A stretch of DNA of 64,000 nt from Cycas panzhihuaensis (taxonomy: Eukaryota > Plantae > Cycadophyta): assembly GCA_023213395.1 (NCBI GenBank), contig CM041465.1, positions 143,847,741-143,911,740 of the forward strand, read 5' to 3'. The notes beneath the pieces were generated by a model. It had not been told where the DNA came from. It ran no database searches and saw nothing but the letters and a program-made list of their open reading frames with translations. Every line of letters starts with the position of its first letter. The stretch's first letter is position 1. The position numbers were made by a program, and so were the translations under genes. Positions 62,033-64,000 of this stretch are shown here, in pieces.

Positions 62033-64000
62033 TTAATTGTAAAATTTCTTGAGAAACTACCCATTGATGGATTTCTCAAACCTAAAACCCTCAAAAGTAG
62101 AAATTCAATAAGCATCATTTGAAAAATCCTCTAAAACCAAAAATGGGCCTACCCATTTAGGAGTAAATTTTGGAAGATGATCATGTAGATACTCCAACTT
62201 AAGGACCTCATCCCTAGGGCTGAATATACAAGGCCAAATATGCTTACCATAGGGTCATTTGTCTTTGGATTTAGAAGCTAAATTCTTTTGATATATAGCC
62301 AAGTGATCTTCATCTAAGACTTCTAAATCTAAGAGGCATGCTTAATGGTGCCACTATTCATCAATAAAATCTTTCATTAACACCCTTAAGGATGTGATCT
62401 CTACTTTGAGTGGAAGGATTACTTTCAACCCATAAGTGAGAAGGGCATCATGCCCATGGCTATTTATGTGAATGTTTGATAGTCCCACAAAGTATGATAC
62501 AATTGTTGGTTCCTATCTCAATGAGATTTAGACATTATTTTCTTCAAGATTAAGATAAGACTATTATTGAATGCCTTACCTATGCATTCACTTGGGGGTA
62601 ATAGAGTGATAAGGTTCTATGATTTATATGGAACTTATCACATAGTTCATCTATCTTGTTATTAAAAAATAAGGTTCTATTATTTGTAATTAAGACATTT
62701 AGGATCCTAAAGTGACAAATAATATGTTAACAATAAATGTAGCATTGACCTTAACCATAGTTAAAGACAAAGGGTTTACCTCTATCTATTTAGTCAAATA
62801 TTCTATCATACTTAAGATGAACTTATCTTGCAAGGATGATGGAGGCGTGATAGCCCTAATAAGCTTTAAACCCCATCATGAGAAGGGCTAAGGAGAGATA
62901 AAGGCATATAGAGCCTATGATGATCAGTTAACAACATTAGAATGCTTTTAACACTTCTTGTATTTTTGAATATATGCATGGGAATCCTTGAATAAGGATG
63001 GCCAAAAGAAACCCATTCGTAGGATTCCCTAAGCCATAAGTTTCCCCCCAAAGTGTCCTCCACAAATTCTATCATGGCAGTTGTAGAGGATCTATTGTGT
63101 TTTTTTAGGGTTAATACAATTAAAAAGAACCCCTTTAAAGGATCTTTTATAAAATGTATCATGTATAAAAAAATATTATTAGGTAGTAATCCTAACATAT
63201 TATTTCACTTTATCACTCACATCCTTAGGATACATTTAATGAACTATATAATAAATGGCATTGTCATACCATTTATTCATTGTTAATAGGCATTTCTTCT
63301 TCAACCTACTTAGGGTATAATAGCTCCATCAGGTAGAGAATCATCCACAAGAATATTGTAGGATTAGGGAGAGGCATATGAGCTAATTACTTAGCTATGA
63401 CCATCCCCTTCTTAAATTTTCTATTAACCATTTATAAGTCATATTCATACAAGAGGACTACCCATTTCCCTACTTACCCCATTAGGTTAGATTTTGTTAA
63501 CAAGTAATTAAGAGAATCATATTGTATAATGGCATTGATTATGTTGCCAAGGAGATAATGCCTTAACTTCCTAATGGTAAATATGAGTCTAAGACACTCT
63601 TTCTCTATGGGGGTATTATTGATCTCAGTCACTGTGAGAGTATGACTGATGAAATAGATAACATGCTTAAACCCAAATCATCCTCCTAAGCTAACATGGC
63701 TCTAATTAACTCCTTTGTGAATGATGTATATAGGACAAAGGGTTTATCGAAATGGGGTAGGGCTAAGGTTGGGGTAGAGAGTAGGCCTTATTTTAAATCA
63801 TCAAAAGTAGCCTTAGTGGTTAGTGCCTATGTAAAAGAGATCCCCTTTATAAGGAGATTCATAAAGAGCTTGGCACTCATTATACATTTTCCAAAGAAAT
63901 ACTTCAAGAAACCTGTTGGAATAATGCTCATATAGATGCTTGTATCCACCTTGGTCTAGTTACCTACATTAAGGTTATAACCTAGATCAGTGGAGATACT
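62033..64000 (-). pseudogene. pol: G2 pol: RT connection/RNase H followed by integrase
   Basis: PIEKECLRLIFTIRKLRHYLL; CHDRICGGHFGG...GFFWPSL; YYPQVNA; FTPKWVGPF...SING*FLKKFY stop. Confidence 0.92.

Larger units (their letters stand above)
54842..64000 (-). mobile_element. G2: second Tat-type Gypsy element (3' LTR, 3' region with antisense PMD gene, INT, RH), continuing beyond the window
   Basis: LTR edge TG 54842 homologous to 35029; Tat-type pol motifs; colinear with G1. Confidence 0.8.

Overview
AT-rich plant repeat (heterochromatin-like) DNA. It contains no intact host gene and is almost entirely nested, decayed LTR retrotransposons. The backbone is a minus-strand Ty3/gypsy Tat-type element (G1, ~1-54185). 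It hosts six insertions: A 3380-5956, F 6871-20727, H 25337-29461, I 30491-34957, J 35952-37959 and Copia D 38157-52241. F contains Copia B (8902-20011), which contains C; D contains Copia E (42932-50290). A chromovirus protease/RT scrap (54185-54841) and a second Tat element G2 (54842-64000) follow. Pervasive C>T/G>A decay includes CpA sites (TG..CA termini read TA..TA; CAA>TAA stops), and reverting it lets the old reading frames be rebuilt. Main observations: (1) a ~400-nt, highly base-paired non-coding module shared by three Copia elements with different LTRs, always ~100-200 nt upstream of gag (IRES-like candidate); (2) an unrecognised multi-exon antisense cargo gene in G1, in the same slot that holds a plant-mobile-domain (PMD) gene in G2; (3) a Sup35-like Q/G/Y/P prion-like tract in the Gag of E; (4) a family of Gag-fusion-only elements, one PBS-less with mismatched R-U5 ends. 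All alignments, translations and folds were done by eye.
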